NCBI RefSeq assembly: GCF_009914755.1
Contig: NC_060940.1
Reading direction: 5' to 3' (one strand)
Length of the DNA: 64,000 nucleotides
From: the human T2T-CHM13v2.0 reference genome, Homo sapiens
A program made the translations under genes and the position numbers. Every line of letters starts with the position of its first letter. Position 1 is the stretch's first letter. Below, one piece after another: positions 38,475 to 53,400 of this stretch. Below the pieces are notes generated by a model that saw nothing but the letters and a program-made list of their open reading frames with translations, made no database searches and had not been told where the DNA came from.

Positions 38475-41400
38475 GTGATGTGTGCGTTCAACTCACAGAG
38501 TTTAACTTTTCTTTTCATTCAGCAGTTTGGAAACACTCTGTTTGTAAAGTCTGCAAGTGGATATCTTGGCCTCTTAGAGGCCTTCGTTGGAAGCGGGTTT
38601 TTTCATGTAAGGTTAGACAGAGGAATTCCCACTAACTTCCTTGTGTTGTGTGCATTCAACTCACAGAGTTGAATGATTCTTTACACAGAGCAGATTTGAG
38701 ACACTCTTTTGGTGGAATTTGTAAGTGGAGAATTCAGCCGCTTTGATGTCAACGGTAGAAAAGGAAATATCTTCGTATAAAAACTAGACAGAATGATTCT
38801 CAGAAACTGTTTTGTGATGTGTGCTTTCAACTCACAGAGTTTAACCTTTCTTTTCAAAGAGCAGTTAGGAAACACTCTGTTTGTAAAGTCTGCAAGTGGA
38901 TATTCAGACCTCTTTGAGGCCTTCGTTGGAAACGGGATTTCTTCATATTATGCTAGACAGATGAATTCTCAGTAACTTCCTTGTGTTGTGTGTATTCAAC
39001 TCACAGAGTTGAACGATCCTTTACACAGAGCAGATTTGAAACACTGTTTTTCTGGAATTTGCAAGTGGAGATTTCAGCCGCTTTGAGGTCAATGGTAGAA
39101 AAGGAAATATCTTCGTATAAAAACTAGACAGAATGATTCTCAGAAACTCCTTTGTGATGTGTGCGTTCAACTCACAGAGTTTAACCTTTCTTTTCACAGA
39201 GCAGTTAGGAAACACTCTGTTTGTGAAGCCTGCCAGTGGATATTCGGACCTCTTTGAGGCCTTCGTTGGAAACGGGATTTCTTCATATTATGCTAGACAG
39301 AAGATTTCTCAGTAACTTCTTTGTGTTGTGTGTATGCAACTCACAGAGTTCAACCTTCCTTTAGACAGAGCAGATTTGAAACACTCTTTTTGTGGAATTT
39401 GCAAGTGGAGATTTCAAGCGCTTCGATGCCAATGGTAGAAAAGGAAATATCTTCGTATAAAAACAAGACAAACTCGTTCCCAGACACTGCGTAGTGATGT
39501 GTGTGTTTAACTCACAGAGTTTCACCTTTCTTTTCATACAGCATTCTGGAAACCCTCTGTTTGTAAAGTCTGCAAGTGGATATTTGGACCTCTTAGATGC
39601 CTTCGTTGGAAACGGGATTTCTTCATATAATGCTAGAGGGAAGAATTCTTAGTAACTTCTTTGTGTTGTGTGTATTCAACTGACAGAGTTGAACCTTCCT
39701 TTAGACAGAGCAGATTTGAAAGTCTCTTTTTGTGGAATTTGCAAGTGGAGATTTCAAGCGCTTTGAGGCCGAAAGCAGAAAAGGAAATATTTTCCTATAA
39801 AAACTCGACAGAATCTTTCTCAGAAACTGCTCTGGGATGTGTGCGTTCAACTCACAGAGTTTAACTTTTCTTTTCATTCAGCAGTTTGGAAACACTCTGT
39901 TTGGAAAGTCTGCACGTGGATATTTTGACCTCTTTGAGGCCTTCGTTGGAAACGGGTTTTTTTCATGTAAGGCTAGACAGAAGAAATCTCAGTAACTTCC
40001 TTGTGTTGTGTGTATTCAACTGACAGAGTTGAACCTTCCTTTAGACAGAGCAGATTCGAAACACTCTTTTTCTGCAATTTGCAAGTGGAGACTTCAAGCG
40101 CTTTGAGGCCAAAGGCAGAAAAGGAAATATCTTCGTATAAAAACCCGACAGAATCATTCTCAGAAACTGCTCTGTGATGTGTGCGTTCAACTCACAGAGT
40201 TTAACTTTTCTTTTCATTCAGCAGTTTGGAAACACTCTGTTTGTAAAGTCTGCAAGTGGATATCTTGGCCTCTTAGAGGCCTTCGTTGGAAACGGGTTTT
40301 TTCATGTAAGGATAGACAGAGGAATTCCCAGTAACTTCCTTGTGTTGTGTGCATTCAACTCACAGAGTTGAATGATTCTTTACACAGAGCAGATTTGAGA
40401 CACTCTTTTGGTGGAATTTGTAAGTGGAGAATTCAGCCGCTTTGAGGTCAACGGTAGAAAAGGAAATATCTTCGTATAAAAACTAGACAGAATGATTCTC
40501 AGAAACTGTTTTGTGATGTGTGCGTTCAACTCACAGAGTTTAACCTTTCTTTTCAAAGAGCAGTTAGGAAACACTCTGTTTGTAAAGTCTGCAAGTGGAT
40601 ATTCAGACCTCTTTGAGGCCTTCGTTGGAAACGGGATTTCTTCATATTATGCTAGACAGATGAATTCTCAGTAACTTCCTTGTGTTGTGTGTATTCAACT
40701 CACAGAGTTGAACGATCCTTTACACAGAGCAGATTTGAAACACTGTTTTTCTGGAATTTGCAAGTGGAGATTTCAGCCGCTTTGAGGTCAATGGTAGAAA
40801 AGGAAATATCTTCGTATAAAAACTAGACAGAATGATTCTCAGAAACTCCTTTGTGATGTGTGCGTTCAACTCACAGAGTTTAACCTTTCTTTTCACAGAG
40901 CAGTTAGGAAACACTCTGTTTGTGAAGCCTGCCAGTGGATATTCGGACCTCTTTGAGGCCTTCGTTGGAAACGGGATTTCTTCATATTATGCTAGACAGA
41001 AGATTTCTCAGTAACTTCTTTGTGTTGTGTGTATGCAACTCACAGAGTTCAACCTTCCTTTAGACAGAGCAGATTTGAAACACTCTTTTTGTGGAATTTG
41101 CAAGTGGAGATTTCAAGCGCTTCGATGCCAATGGTAGAAAAGGAAATATCTTCGTATAAAAACAAGACAAACTCGTTCCCAGACACTGCGTAGTGATGTG
41201 TGTGTTTAACTCACAGAGTTTCACCTTTCTTTTCATACAGCATTCTGGAAACCGTGTGTTTGTAAAGTCTGCAAGTGGATATTTGGACCTCTTAGATGCC
41301 TTCGTTGGAAACGGGATTTCTTCATATAATGCTAGAGGGAAGAATTCTTAGTAACTTCTTTGTGTTGTGTGTATTCAACTGACAGAGTTGAACCTTCCTT

Positions 41401-44400
41401 TAGACAGAGCAGATTTGAAAGTCTCTTTTTGTGGAATTTGCAAGTGGAGATTTCAAGCGCTTTGAGGCCGAAAGCAGAAAAGGAAATATTTTCCTATAAA
41501 AACTCGACAGAATCTTTCTCAGAAACTGCTCTGGGATGTGTGCGTTCAACTCACAGAGTTTAACTTTTCTTTTCATTCAGCAGTTTGGAAACACTCTGTT
41601 TGGAAAGTCTGCACGTGGATATTTTGACCTCTTTGAGGCCTTCGTTGGAAACGGGTTTTTTTCATGTAAGGCTAGACAGAAGAAATCTCAGTAACTTCCT
41701 TGTGTTGTGTGTATTCAACTGACAGAGTTGAACCTTCCTTTAGACAGAGCAGATTCGAAACACTCTTTTTCTGCAATTTGCAAGTGGAGACTTCAAGCGC
41801 TTTGAGGCCAAAGGCAGAAAAGGAAATATCTTCGTATAAAAACCCGACAGAATCATTCTCAGAAACTGCTCTGTGATGTGTGCGTTCAACTCACAGAGTT
41901 TAACTTTTCTTTTCATTCAGCAGTTTGGAAACACTCTGTTTGTAAAGTCTGCAAGTGGATATCTTGGCCTCTTAGAGGCCTTCGTTGGAAACGGGTTTTT
42001 TCATGTAAGGTTAGACAGAGGAATTCCCAGTAACTTCCTTGTGTTGTGTGCATTCAACTCACAGAGTTGAATGATTCTTTACACAGAGCAGATTTGAGAC
42101 ACTCTTTTGGTGGAATTTGTAAGTGGAGAATTCAGCCGCTTTGAGGTCAACGGTAGAAAAGGAAATATCTTCGTATAAAAACTAGACAGAATGATTCTCA
42201 GAAACTGTTTTGTGATGTGTGCGTTCAACTCACAGAGTTTAACCTTTCTTTTCAAAGAGCAGTTAGGAAACACTCTGTTTGTAAAGTCTGCAAGTGGATA
42301 TTCAGACCTCTTTGAGGCCTTCGTTGGAAACGGGATTTCTTCATATTATGCTAGACAGATGAATTCTCAGTAACTTCCTTGTGTTGTGTGTATTCAACTC
42401 ACAGAGTTGAACGATCCTTTACACAGAGCAGATTTGAAACACTGTTTTTCTGGAATTTGCAAGTGGAGATTTCAGCCGCTTTGAGGTCAATGGTAGAAAA
42501 GGAAATATCTTCGTATAAAAACTAGACAGAATGATTCTCAGAAACTCCTTTGTGATGTGTGCGTTCAACTCACAGAGTTTAACCTTTCTTTTCACAGAGC
42601 AGTTAGGAAACACTCTGTTTGTGAAGCCTGCCAGTGGATATTCGGACCTCTTTGAGGCCTTCGTTGGAAACGGGATTTCTTCATATTATGCTAGACAGAA
42701 GATTTCTCAGTAACTTCTTTGTGTTGTGTGTATGCAACTCACAGAGTTCAACCTTCCTTTAGACAGAGCAGATTTGAAACACTCTTTTTGTGGAATTTGC
42801 AAGTGGAGATTTCAAGCGCTTCGATGCCAATGGTAGAAAAGGAAATATCTTCGTATAAAAACAAGACAAACTCGTTCCCAGACACTGCGTAGTGATGTGT
42901 GTGTTTAACTCACAGAGTTTCACCTTTCTTTTCATACAGCATTCTGGAAACCCTCTGTTTGTAAAGTCTGCAAGTGGATATTTGGACCTCTTAGATGCCT
43001 TCGTTGGAAACGGGATTTCTTCATATAATGCTAGAGGGAAGAATTCTTAGTAACTTCTTTGTGTTGTGTGTATTCAACTGACAGAGTTGAACCTTCCTTT
43101 AGACAGAGCAGATTTGAAAGTCTCTTTTTGTGGAATTTGCAAGTGGAGATTTCAAGCGCTTTGAGGCCGAAAGCAGAAAAGGAAATATTTTCCTATAAAA
43201 ACTCGACAGAATCTTTCTCAGAAACTGCTCTGGGATGTGTGCGTTCAACTCACAGAGTTTAACTTTTCTTTTCATTCAGCAGTTTGGAAACACTCTGTTT
43301 GGAAAGTCTGCACGTGGATATTTTGACCTCTTTGAGGCCTTCGTTGGAAACGGGTTTTTTTCATGTAAGGCTAGACAGAAGAAATCTCAGTAACTTCCTT
43401 GTGTTGTGTGTATTCAACTGACAGAGTTGAACCTTCCTTTAGACAGAGCAGATTCGAAACACTCTTTTTCTGCAATTTGCAAGTGGAGACTTCAAGCGCT
43501 TTGAGGCCAAAGGCAGAAAAGGAAATATCTTCGTATAAAAACCCGACAGAATCATTCTCAGAAACTGCTCTGTGATGTGTGCGTTCAACTCACAGAGTTT
43601 AACTTTTCTTTTCATTCAGCAGTTTGGAAACACTCTGTTTGTAAAGTCTGCAAGTGGATATCTTGGCCTCTTAGAGGCCTTCGTTGGAAACGGGTTTTTT
43701 CATGTAAGGATAGACAGAGGAATTCCCAGTAACTTCCTTGTGTTGTGTGCATTCAACTCACAGAGTTGAATGATTCTTTACACAGAGCAGATTTGAGACA
43801 CTCTTTTGGTGGAATTTGTAAGTGGAGAATTCAGCCGCTTTGAGGTCAACGGTAGAAAAGGAAATATCTTCGTATAAAAACTAGACAGAATGATTCTCAG
43901 AAACTGTTTTGTGATGTGTGCGTTCAACTCACAGAGTTTAACCTTTCTTTTCAAAGAGCAGTTAGGAAACACTCTGTTTGTAAAGTCTGCAAGTGGATAT
44001 TCAGACCTCTTTGAGGCCTTCGTTGGAAACGGGATTTCTTCATATTATGCTAGACAGATGAATTCTCAGTAACTTCCTTGTGTTGTGTGTATTCAACTCA
44101 CAGAGTTGAACGATCCTTTACACAGAGCAGATTTGAAACACTGTTTTTCTGGAATTTGCAAGTGGAGATTTCAGCCGCTTTGAGGTCAATGGTAGAAAAG
44201 GAAATATCTTCGTATAAAAACTAGACAGAATGATTCTCAGAAACTCCTTTGTGATGTGTGCGTTCAACTCACAGAGTTTAACCTTTCTTTTCACAGAGCA
44301 GTTAGGAAACACTCTGTTTGTGAAGCCTGCCAGTGGATATTCGGACCTCTTTGAGGCCTTCGTTGGAAACGGGATTTCTTCATATTATGCTAGACAGAAG

Positions 44401-47400
44401 ATTTCTCAGTAACTTCTTTGTGTTGTGTGTATGCAACTCACAGAGTTCAACCTTCCTTTAGACAGAGCAGATTTGAAACACTCTTTTTGTGGAATTTGCA
44501 AGTGGAGATTTCAAGCGCTTCGATGCCAATGGTAGAAAAGGAAATATCTTCGTATAAAAACAAGACAAACTCGTTCCCAGACACTGCGTAGTGATGTGTG
44601 TGTTTAACTCACAGAGTTTCACCTTTCTTTTCATACAGCATTCTGGAAACCGTGTGTTTGTAAAGTCTGCAAGTGGATATTTGGACCTCTTAGATGCCTT
44701 CGTTGGAAACGGGATTTCTTCATATAATGCTAGAGGGAAGAATTCTTAGTAACTTCTTTGTGTTGTGTGTATTCAACTGACAGAGTTGAACCTTCCTTTA
44801 GACAGAGCAGATTTGAAAGTCTCTTTTTGTGGAATTTGCAAGTGGAGATTTCAAGCGCTTTGAGGCCAAAAGCAGAAAAGGAAATATTTTCCTATAAAAA
44901 CTCGACAGAATCTTTCTCAGAAACTGCTCTGGGATGTGTGCGTTCAACTCACAGAGTTTAACTTTTCTTTTCATTCAGCAGTTTGGAAACACTCTGTTTG
45001 GAAAGTCTGCACGTGGATATTTTGACCTCTTTGAGGCCTTCGTTGGAAACGGGTTTTTTTCATGTAAGGCTAGACAGAAGAAATCTCAGTAACTTCCTTG
45101 TGTTGTGTGTATTCAACTGACAGAGTTGAACCTTCCTTTAGACAGAGCAGATTCGAAACACTCTTTTTCTGCAATTTGCAAGTGGAGACTTCAAGCGCTT
45201 TGAGGCCAAAGGCAGAAAAGGAAATATCTTCGTATAAAAACCCGACAGAATCATTCTCAGAAACTGCTCTGTGATGTGTGCGTTCAACTCACAGAGTTTA
45301 ACTTTTCTTTTCATTCAGCAGTTTGGAAACACTCTGTTTGTAAAGTCTGCAAGTGGATATCTTGGCCTCTTAGAGGCCTTCGTTGGAAGCGGGTTTTTTC
45401 ATGTAAGGATAGACAGAGGAATTCCCAGTAACTTCCTTGTGTTGTATGCATTCAACTCACAGAGTTGAATGATTCTTTACACAGAGCAGATTTGAGACAC
45501 TCTTTTGGTGGAATTTGTAAGTGGAGAATTCAGCCGCTTTGAGGTCAACGGTAGAAAAGGAAATATCTTCGTATAAAAACTAGACAGAATGATTCTCAGA
45601 AACTGTTTTGTGATGTGTGCTTTCAACTCACAGAGTTTAACCTTTCTTTTCAAAGAGCAGTTAGGAAACACTCTGTTTGTAAAGTCTGCAAGTGGATATT
45701 CAGACCTCTTTGAGGCCTTCGTTGGAAACGGGATTTCTTCATATTATGCTAGACAGATGAATTCTCAGTAACTTCCTTGTGTTGTGTGTATTCAACTCAC
45801 AGAGTTGAACGATCCTTTACACAGAGCAGATTTGAAACACTGTTTTTCTGGAATTTGCAAGTGGAGATTTCAGCCGCTTTGAGGTCAATGGTAGAAAAGG
45901 AAATATCTTCGTATAAAAACTAGACAGAATGATTCTCAGAAACTCCTTTGTGATGTGTGCGTTCAACTCACAGAGTTTAACCTTTCTTTTCACAGAGCAG
46001 TTAGGAAACACTCTGTTTGTGAAGCCTGCCAGTGGATATTCGGACCTCTTTGAGGCCTTCGTTGGAAACGGGATTTCTTCATATTATGCTAGACAGAAGA
46101 TTTCTCAGTAACTTCTTTGTGTTGTGTGTATGCAACTCACAGAGTTCAACCTTCCTTTAGACAGAGCAGATTTGAAACACTCTTTTTGTGGAATTTGCAA
46201 GTGGAGATTTCAAGCGCTTCGATGCCAATGGTAGAAAAGGAAATATCTTCGTATAAAAACAAGACAAACTCGTTCCCAGACACTGCGTAGTGATGTGTGT
46301 GTTTAACTCACAGAGTTTCACCTTTCTTTTCATACAGCATTCTGGAAACCCTCTGTTTGTAAAGTCTGCAAGTGGATATTTGGACCTCTTAGATGCCTTC
46401 GTTGGAAACGGGATTTCTTCATATAATGCTAGAGGGAAGAATTCTTAGTAACTTCTTTGTGTTGTGTGTATTCAACTGACAGAGTTGAACCTTCCTTTAG
46501 ACAGAGCAGATTTGAAAGTCTCTTTTTGTGGAATTTGCAAGTGGAGATTTCAAGCGCTTTGAGGCCGAAAGCAGAAAAGGAAATATTTTCCTATAAAAAC
46601 TCGACAGAATCTTTCTCAGAAACTGCTCTGGGATGTGTGCGTTCAACTCACAGAGTTTAACTTTTCTTTTCATTCAGCAGTTTGGAAACACTCTGTTTGG
46701 AAAGTCTGCACGTGGATATTTTGACCTCTTTGAGGCCTTCGTTGGAAACGGGTTTTTTTCATGTAAGGCTAGACAGAAGAAATCTCAGTAACTTCCTTGT
46801 GTTGTGTGTATTCAACTGACAGAGTTTAACCTTCCTTTAGACAGAGCAGATTCGAAACACTCTTTTTCTGCAATTTGCAAGTGGAGACTTCAAGCGCTTT
46901 GAGGCCAAAGGCAGAAAAGGAAATATCTTCGTATAAAAACCCGACAGAATCATTCTCAGAAACTGCTCTGTGATGTGTGCGTTCAACTCACAGAGTTTAA
47001 CTTTTCTTTTCATTCAGCAGTTTGGAAACACTCTGTTTGTAAAGTCTGCAAGTGGATATCTTGGCCTCTTAGAGGCCTTCGTTGGAAACGGGTTTTTTCA
47101 TGTAAGGTTAGACAGAGGAATTCCCAGTAACTTCCTTGTGTTGTGTGCATTCAACTCACAGAGTTGAATGATTCTTTACACAGAGCAGATTTGAGACACT
47201 CTTTTGGTGGAATTTGTAAGTGGAGAATTCAGCCGCTTTGAGGTCAACGGTAGAAAAGGAAATATCTTCGTATAAAAACTAGACAGAATGATTCTCAGAA
47301 ACTGTTTTGTGATGTGTGCGTTCAACTCACAGAGTTTAACCTTTCTTTTCAAAGAGCAGTTAGGAAACACTCTGTTTGTAAAGTCTGCAAGTGGATATTC

Positions 47401-50400
47401 AGACCTCTTTGAGGCCTTCGTTGGAAACGGGATTTCTTCATATTATGCTAGACAGATGAATTCTCAGTAACTTCCTTGTGTTGTGTGTATTCAACTCACA
47501 GAGTTGAACGATCCTTTACACAGAGCAGATTTGAAACACTGTTTTTCTGGAATTTGCAAGTGGAGATTTCAGCCGCTTTGAGGTCAATGGTAGAAAAGGA
47601 AATATCTTCGTATAAAAACTAGACAGAATGATTCTCAGAAACTCCTTTGTGATGTGTGCGTTCAACTCACAGAGTTTAACCTTTCTTTTCACAGAGCAGT
47701 TAGGAAACACTCTGTTTGTGAAGCCTGCCAGTGGATATTCGGACCTCTTTGAGGCCTTCGTTGGAAACGGGATTTCTTCATATTATGCTAGACAGAAGAT
47801 TTCTCAGTAACTTCTTTGTGTTGTGTGTATGCAACTCACAGAGTTCAACCTTCCTTTAGACAGAGCAGATTTGAAACACTCTTTTTGTGGAATTTGCAAG
47901 TGGAGATTTCAAGCGCTTCGATGCCAATGGTAGAAAAGGAAATATCTTCGTATAAAAACAAGACAAACTCGTTCCCAGACACTGCGTAGTGATGTGTGTG
48001 TTTAACTCACAGAGTTTCACCTTTCTTTTCATACAGCATTCTGGAAACCCTGTGTTTGTAAAGTCTGCAAGTGGATATTTGGACCTCTTAGATGCCTTCG
48101 TTGGAAACGGGATTTCTTCATATAATGCTAGAGGGAAGAATTCTTAGTAACTTCTTTGTGTTGTGTGTATTCAACTGACAGAGTTGAACCTTCCTTTAGA
48201 CAGAGCAGATTTGAAAGTCTCTTTTTGTGGAATTTGCAAGTGGAGATTTCAAGCGCTTTGAGGCCAAAAGCAGAAAAGGAAATATTTTCCTATAAAAACT
48301 CGACAGAATCTTTCTCAGAAACTGCTCTGGGATGTGTGCGTTCAACTCACAGAGTTTAACTTTTCTTTTCATTCAGCAGTTTGGAAACACTCTGTTTGGA
48401 AAGTCTGCACGTGGATATTTTGACCTCTTTGAGGCCTTCGTTGGAAACGGGTTTTTTTCATGTAAGGCTAGACAGAAGAAATCTCAGTAACTTCCTTGTG
48501 TTGTGTGTATTCAACTGACAGAGTTGAACCTTCCTTTAGACAGAGCAGATTCGAAACACTCTTTTTCTGCAATTTGCAAGTGGAGACTTCAAGCGCTTTG
48601 AGGCCAAAGGCAGAAAAGGAAATATCTTCGTATAAAAACCCGACAGAATCATTCTCAGAAACTGCTCTGTGATGTGTGCGTTCAACTCACAGAGTTTAAC
48701 TTTTCTTTTCATTCAGCAGTTTGGAAACACTCTGTTTGTAAAGTCTGCAAGTGGATATCTTGGCCTCTTAGAGGCCTTCGTTGGAAACGGGTTTTTTCAT
48801 GTAAGGTTAGACAGAGGAATTCCCAGTAACTTCCTTGTGTTGTGTGCATTCAACTCACAGAGTTGAATGATTCTTTACACAGAGCAGATTTGAGACACTC
48901 TTTTGGTGGAATTTGTAAGTGGAGAATTCAGCTGCTTTGAGGTCAACGGTAGAAAAGGAAATATCTTCGTATAAAAACTAGACAGAATGATTCTCAGAAA
49001 CTGTTTTGTGATGTGTGCGTTCAACTCACAGAGTTTAACCTTTCTTTTCAAAGAGCAGTTAGGAAACACTCTGTTTGTAAAGTCTGCAAGTGGATATTCA
49101 GACCTCTTTGAGGCCTTCGTTGGAAACGGGATTTCTTCATATTATGCTAGACAGATGAATTCTCAGTAACTTCCTTGTGTTGTGTGTATTCAACTCACAG
49201 AGTTGAACGATCCTTTACACAGAGCAGATTTGAAACACTGTTTTTCTGGAATTTGCAAGTGGAGATTTCAGCCGCTTTGAGGTCAATGGTAGAAAAGGAA
49301 ATATCTTCGTATAAAAACTAGACAGAATGATTCTCAGAAACTCCTTTGTGATGTGTGCGTTCAACTCACAGAGTTTAACCTTTCTTTTCACAGAGCAGTT
49401 AGGAAACACTCTGTTTGTGAAGCCTGCCAGTGGATATTCGGACCTCTTTGAGGCCTTCGTTGGAAACGGGATTTCTTCATATTATGCTAGACAGAAGATT
49501 TCTCAGTAACTTCTTTGTGTTGTGTGTATGCAACTCACAGAGTTCAACCTTCCTTTAGACAGAGCAGATTTGAAACACTCTTTTTGTGGAATTTGCAAGT
49601 GGAGATTTCAAGCGCTTCGATGCCAATGGTAGAAAAGGAAATATCTTCGTATAAAAACAAGACAAACTCGTTCCCAGACACTGCGTAGTGATGTGTGTGT
49701 TTAACTCACAGAGTTTCACCTTTCTTTTCATACAGCATTCTGGAAACCCTGTGTTTGTAAAGTCTGCAAGTGGATATTTGGACCTCTTAGATGCCTTCGT
49801 TGGAAACGGGATTTCTTCATATAATGCTAGAGGGAAGAATTCTTAGTAACTTCTTTGTGTTGTGTGTATTCAACTGACAGAGTTGAACCTTCCTTTAGAC
49901 AGAGCAGATTTGAAAGTCTCTTTTTGTGGAATTTGCAAGTGGAGATTTCAAGCGCTTTGAGGCCGAAAGCAGAAAAGGAAATATTTTCCTATAAAAACTC
50001 GACAGAATCTTTCTCAGAAACTGCTCTGGGATGTGTGCGTTCAACTCACAGAGTTTAACTTTTCTTTTCATTCAGCAGTTTGGAAACACTCTGTTTGGAA
50101 AGTCTGCACGTGGATATTTTGACCTCTTTGAGGCCTTCGTTGGAAACGGGTTTTTTTCATGTAAGGCTAGACAGAAGAAATCTCAGTAACTTCCTTGTGT
50201 TGTGTGTATTCAACTGACAGAGTTGAACCTTCCTTTAGACAGAGCAGATTCGAAACACTCTTTTTCTGCAATTTGCAAGTGGAGACTTCAAGCGCTTTGA
50301 GGCCAAAGGCAGAAAAGGAAATATCTTCGTATAAAAACCCGACAGAATCATTCTCAGAAACTGCTCTGTGATGTGTGCGTTCAACTCACAGAGTTTAACT

Positions 50401-53400
50401 TTTCTTTTCATTCAGCAGTTTGGAAACACTCTGTTTGTAAAGTCTGCAAGTGGATATCTTGGCCTCTTAGAGGCCTTCGTTGGAAACGGGTTTTTTCATG
50501 TAAGGATAGACAGAGGAATTCCCAGTAACTTCCTTGTGTTGTGTGCATTCAACTCACAGAGTTGAATGATTCTTTACACAGAGCAGATTTGAGACACTCT
50601 TTTGGTGGAATTTGTAAGTGGAGAATTCAGCCGCTTTGAGGTCAACGGTAGAAAAGGAAATATCTTCGTATAAAAACTAGACAGAATGATTCTCAGAAAC
50701 TGTTTTGTGATGTGTGCGTTCAACTCACAGAGTTTAACCTTTCTTTTCAAAGAGCAGTTAGGAAACACTCTGTTTGTAAAGTCTGCAAGTGGATATTCAG
50801 ACCTCTTTGAGGCCTTCGTTGGAAACGGGATTTCTTCATATTATGCTAGACAGATGAATTCTCAGTAACTTCCTTGTGTTGTGTGTATTCAACTCACAGA
50901 GTTGAACGATCCTTTACACAGAGCAGATTTGAAACACTGTTTTTCTGGAATTTGCAAGTGGAGATTTCAGCCGCTTTGAGGTCAATGGTAGAAAAGGAAA
51001 TATCTTCGTATAAAAACTAGACAGAATGATTCTCAGAAACTCCTTTGTGATGTGTGCGTTCAACTCACAGAGTTTAACCTTTCTTTTCACAGAGCAGTTA
51101 GGAAACACTCTGTTTGTGAAGCCTGCCAGTGGATATTCGGACCTCTTTGAGGCCTTCGTTGGAAACGGGATTTCTTCATATTATGCTAGACAGAAGATTT
51201 CTCAGTAACTTCTTTGTGTTGTGTGTATGCAACTCACAGAGTTCAACCTTCCTTTAGACAGAGCAGATTTGAAACACTCTTTTTGTGGAATTTGCAAGTG
51301 GAGATTTCAAGCGCTTCGATGCCAATGGTAGAAAAGGAAATATCTTCGTATAAAAACAAGACAAACTCGTTCCCAGACACTGCGTAGTGATGTGTGTGTT
51401 TAACTCACAGAGTTTCACCTTTCTTTTCATACAGCATTCTGGAAACCCTGTGTTTGTAAAGTCTGCAAGTGGATATTTGGACCTCTTAGATGCCTTCGTT
51501 GGAAACGGGATTTCTTCATATAATGCTAGAGGGAAGAATTCTTAGTAACTTCTTTGTGTTGTGTGTATTCAACTGACAGAGTTGAACCTTCCTTTAGACA
51601 GAGCAGATTTGAAAGTCTCTTTTTGTGGAATTTGCAAGTGGAGATTTCAAGCGCTTTGAGGCCAAAAGCAGAAAAGGAAATATTTTCCTATAAAAACTCG
51701 ACAGAATCTTTCTCAGAAACTGCTCTGGGATGTGTGCGTTCAACTCACAGAGTTTAACTTTTCTTTTCATTCAGCAGTTTGGAAACACTCTGTTTGGAAA
51801 GTCTGCACGTGGATATTTTGACCTCTTTGAGGCCTTCGTTGGAAACGGGTTTTTTTCATGTAAGGCTAGACAGAAGAAATCTCAGTAACTTCCTTGTGTT
51901 GTGTGTATTCAACTGACAGAGTTGAACCTTCCTTTAGACAGAGCAGATTCGAAACACTCTTTTTCTGCAATTTGCAAGTGGAGACTTCAAGCGCTTTGAG
52001 GCCAAAGGCAGAAAAGGAAATATCTTCGTATAAAAACCCGACAGAATCATTCTCAGAAACTGCTCTGTGATGTGTGCGTTCAACTCACAGAGTTTAACTT
52101 TTCTTTTCATTCAGCAGTTTGGAAACACTCTGTTTGTAAAGTCTGCAAGTGGATATCTTGGCCTCTTAGAGGCCTTCGTTGGAAACGGGTTTTTTCATGT
52201 AAGGTTAGACAGAGGAATTCCCAGTAACTTCCTTGTGTTGTGTGCATTCAACTCACAGAGTTGAATGATTCTTTACACAGAGCAGATTTGAGACACTCTT
52301 TGGGTGGAATTTGTAAGTGGAGAATTCAGCCGCTTTGAGGTCAACGGTAGAAAAGGAAATATCTTCGTATAAAAACTAGACAGAATGATTCTCAGAAACT
52401 GTTTTGTGATGTGTGCGTTCAACTCACAGAGTTTAACCTTTCTTTTCAAAGAGCAGTTAGGAAACACTCTGTTTGTAAAGTCTGCAAGTGGATATTCAGA
52501 CCTCTTTGAGGCCTTCGTTGGAAACGGGATTTCTTCATATTATGCTAGACAGATGAATTCTCAGTAACTTCCTTGTGTTGTGTGTATTCAACTCACAGAG
52601 TTGAACGATCCTTTACACAGAGCAGATTTGAAACACTGTTTTTCTGGAATTTGCAAGTGGAGATTTCAGCCGCTTTGAGGTCAATGGTAGAAAAGGAAAT
52701 ATCTTCGTATAAAAACTAGACAGAATGATTCTCAGAAACTCCTTTGTGATGTGTGCGTTCAACTCACAGAGTTTAACCTTTCTTTTCACAGAGCAGTTAG
52801 GAAACACTCTGTTTGTGAAGCCTGCCAGTGGATATTCGGACCTCTTTGAGGCCTTCGTTGGAAACGGGATTTCTTCATATTATGCTAGACAGAAGATTTC
52901 TCAGTAACTTCTTTGTGTTGTGTGTATGCAACTCACAGAGTTCAACCTTCCTTTAGACAGAGCAGATTTGAAACACTCTTTTTGTGGAATTTGCAAGTGG
53001 AGATTTCAAGCGCTTCGATGCCAATGGTAGAAAAGGAAATATCTTCGTATAAAAACAAGACAAACTCGTTCCCAGACACTGCGTAGTGATGTGTGTGTTT
53101 AACTCACAGAGTTTCACCTTTCTTTTCATACAGCATTCTGGAAACCGTGTGTTTGTAAAGTCTGCAAGTGGATATTTGGACCTCTTAGATGCCTTCGTTG
53201 GAAACGGGATTTCTTCATATAATGCTAGAGGGAAGAATTCTTAGTAACTTCTTTGTGTTGTGTGTATTCAACTGACAGAGTTGAACCTTCCTTTAGACAG
53301 AGCAGATTTGAAAGTCTCTTTTTGTGGAATTTGCAAGTGGAGATTTCAAGCGCTTTGAGGCCGAAAGCAGAAAAGGAAATATTTTCCTATAAAAACTCGA

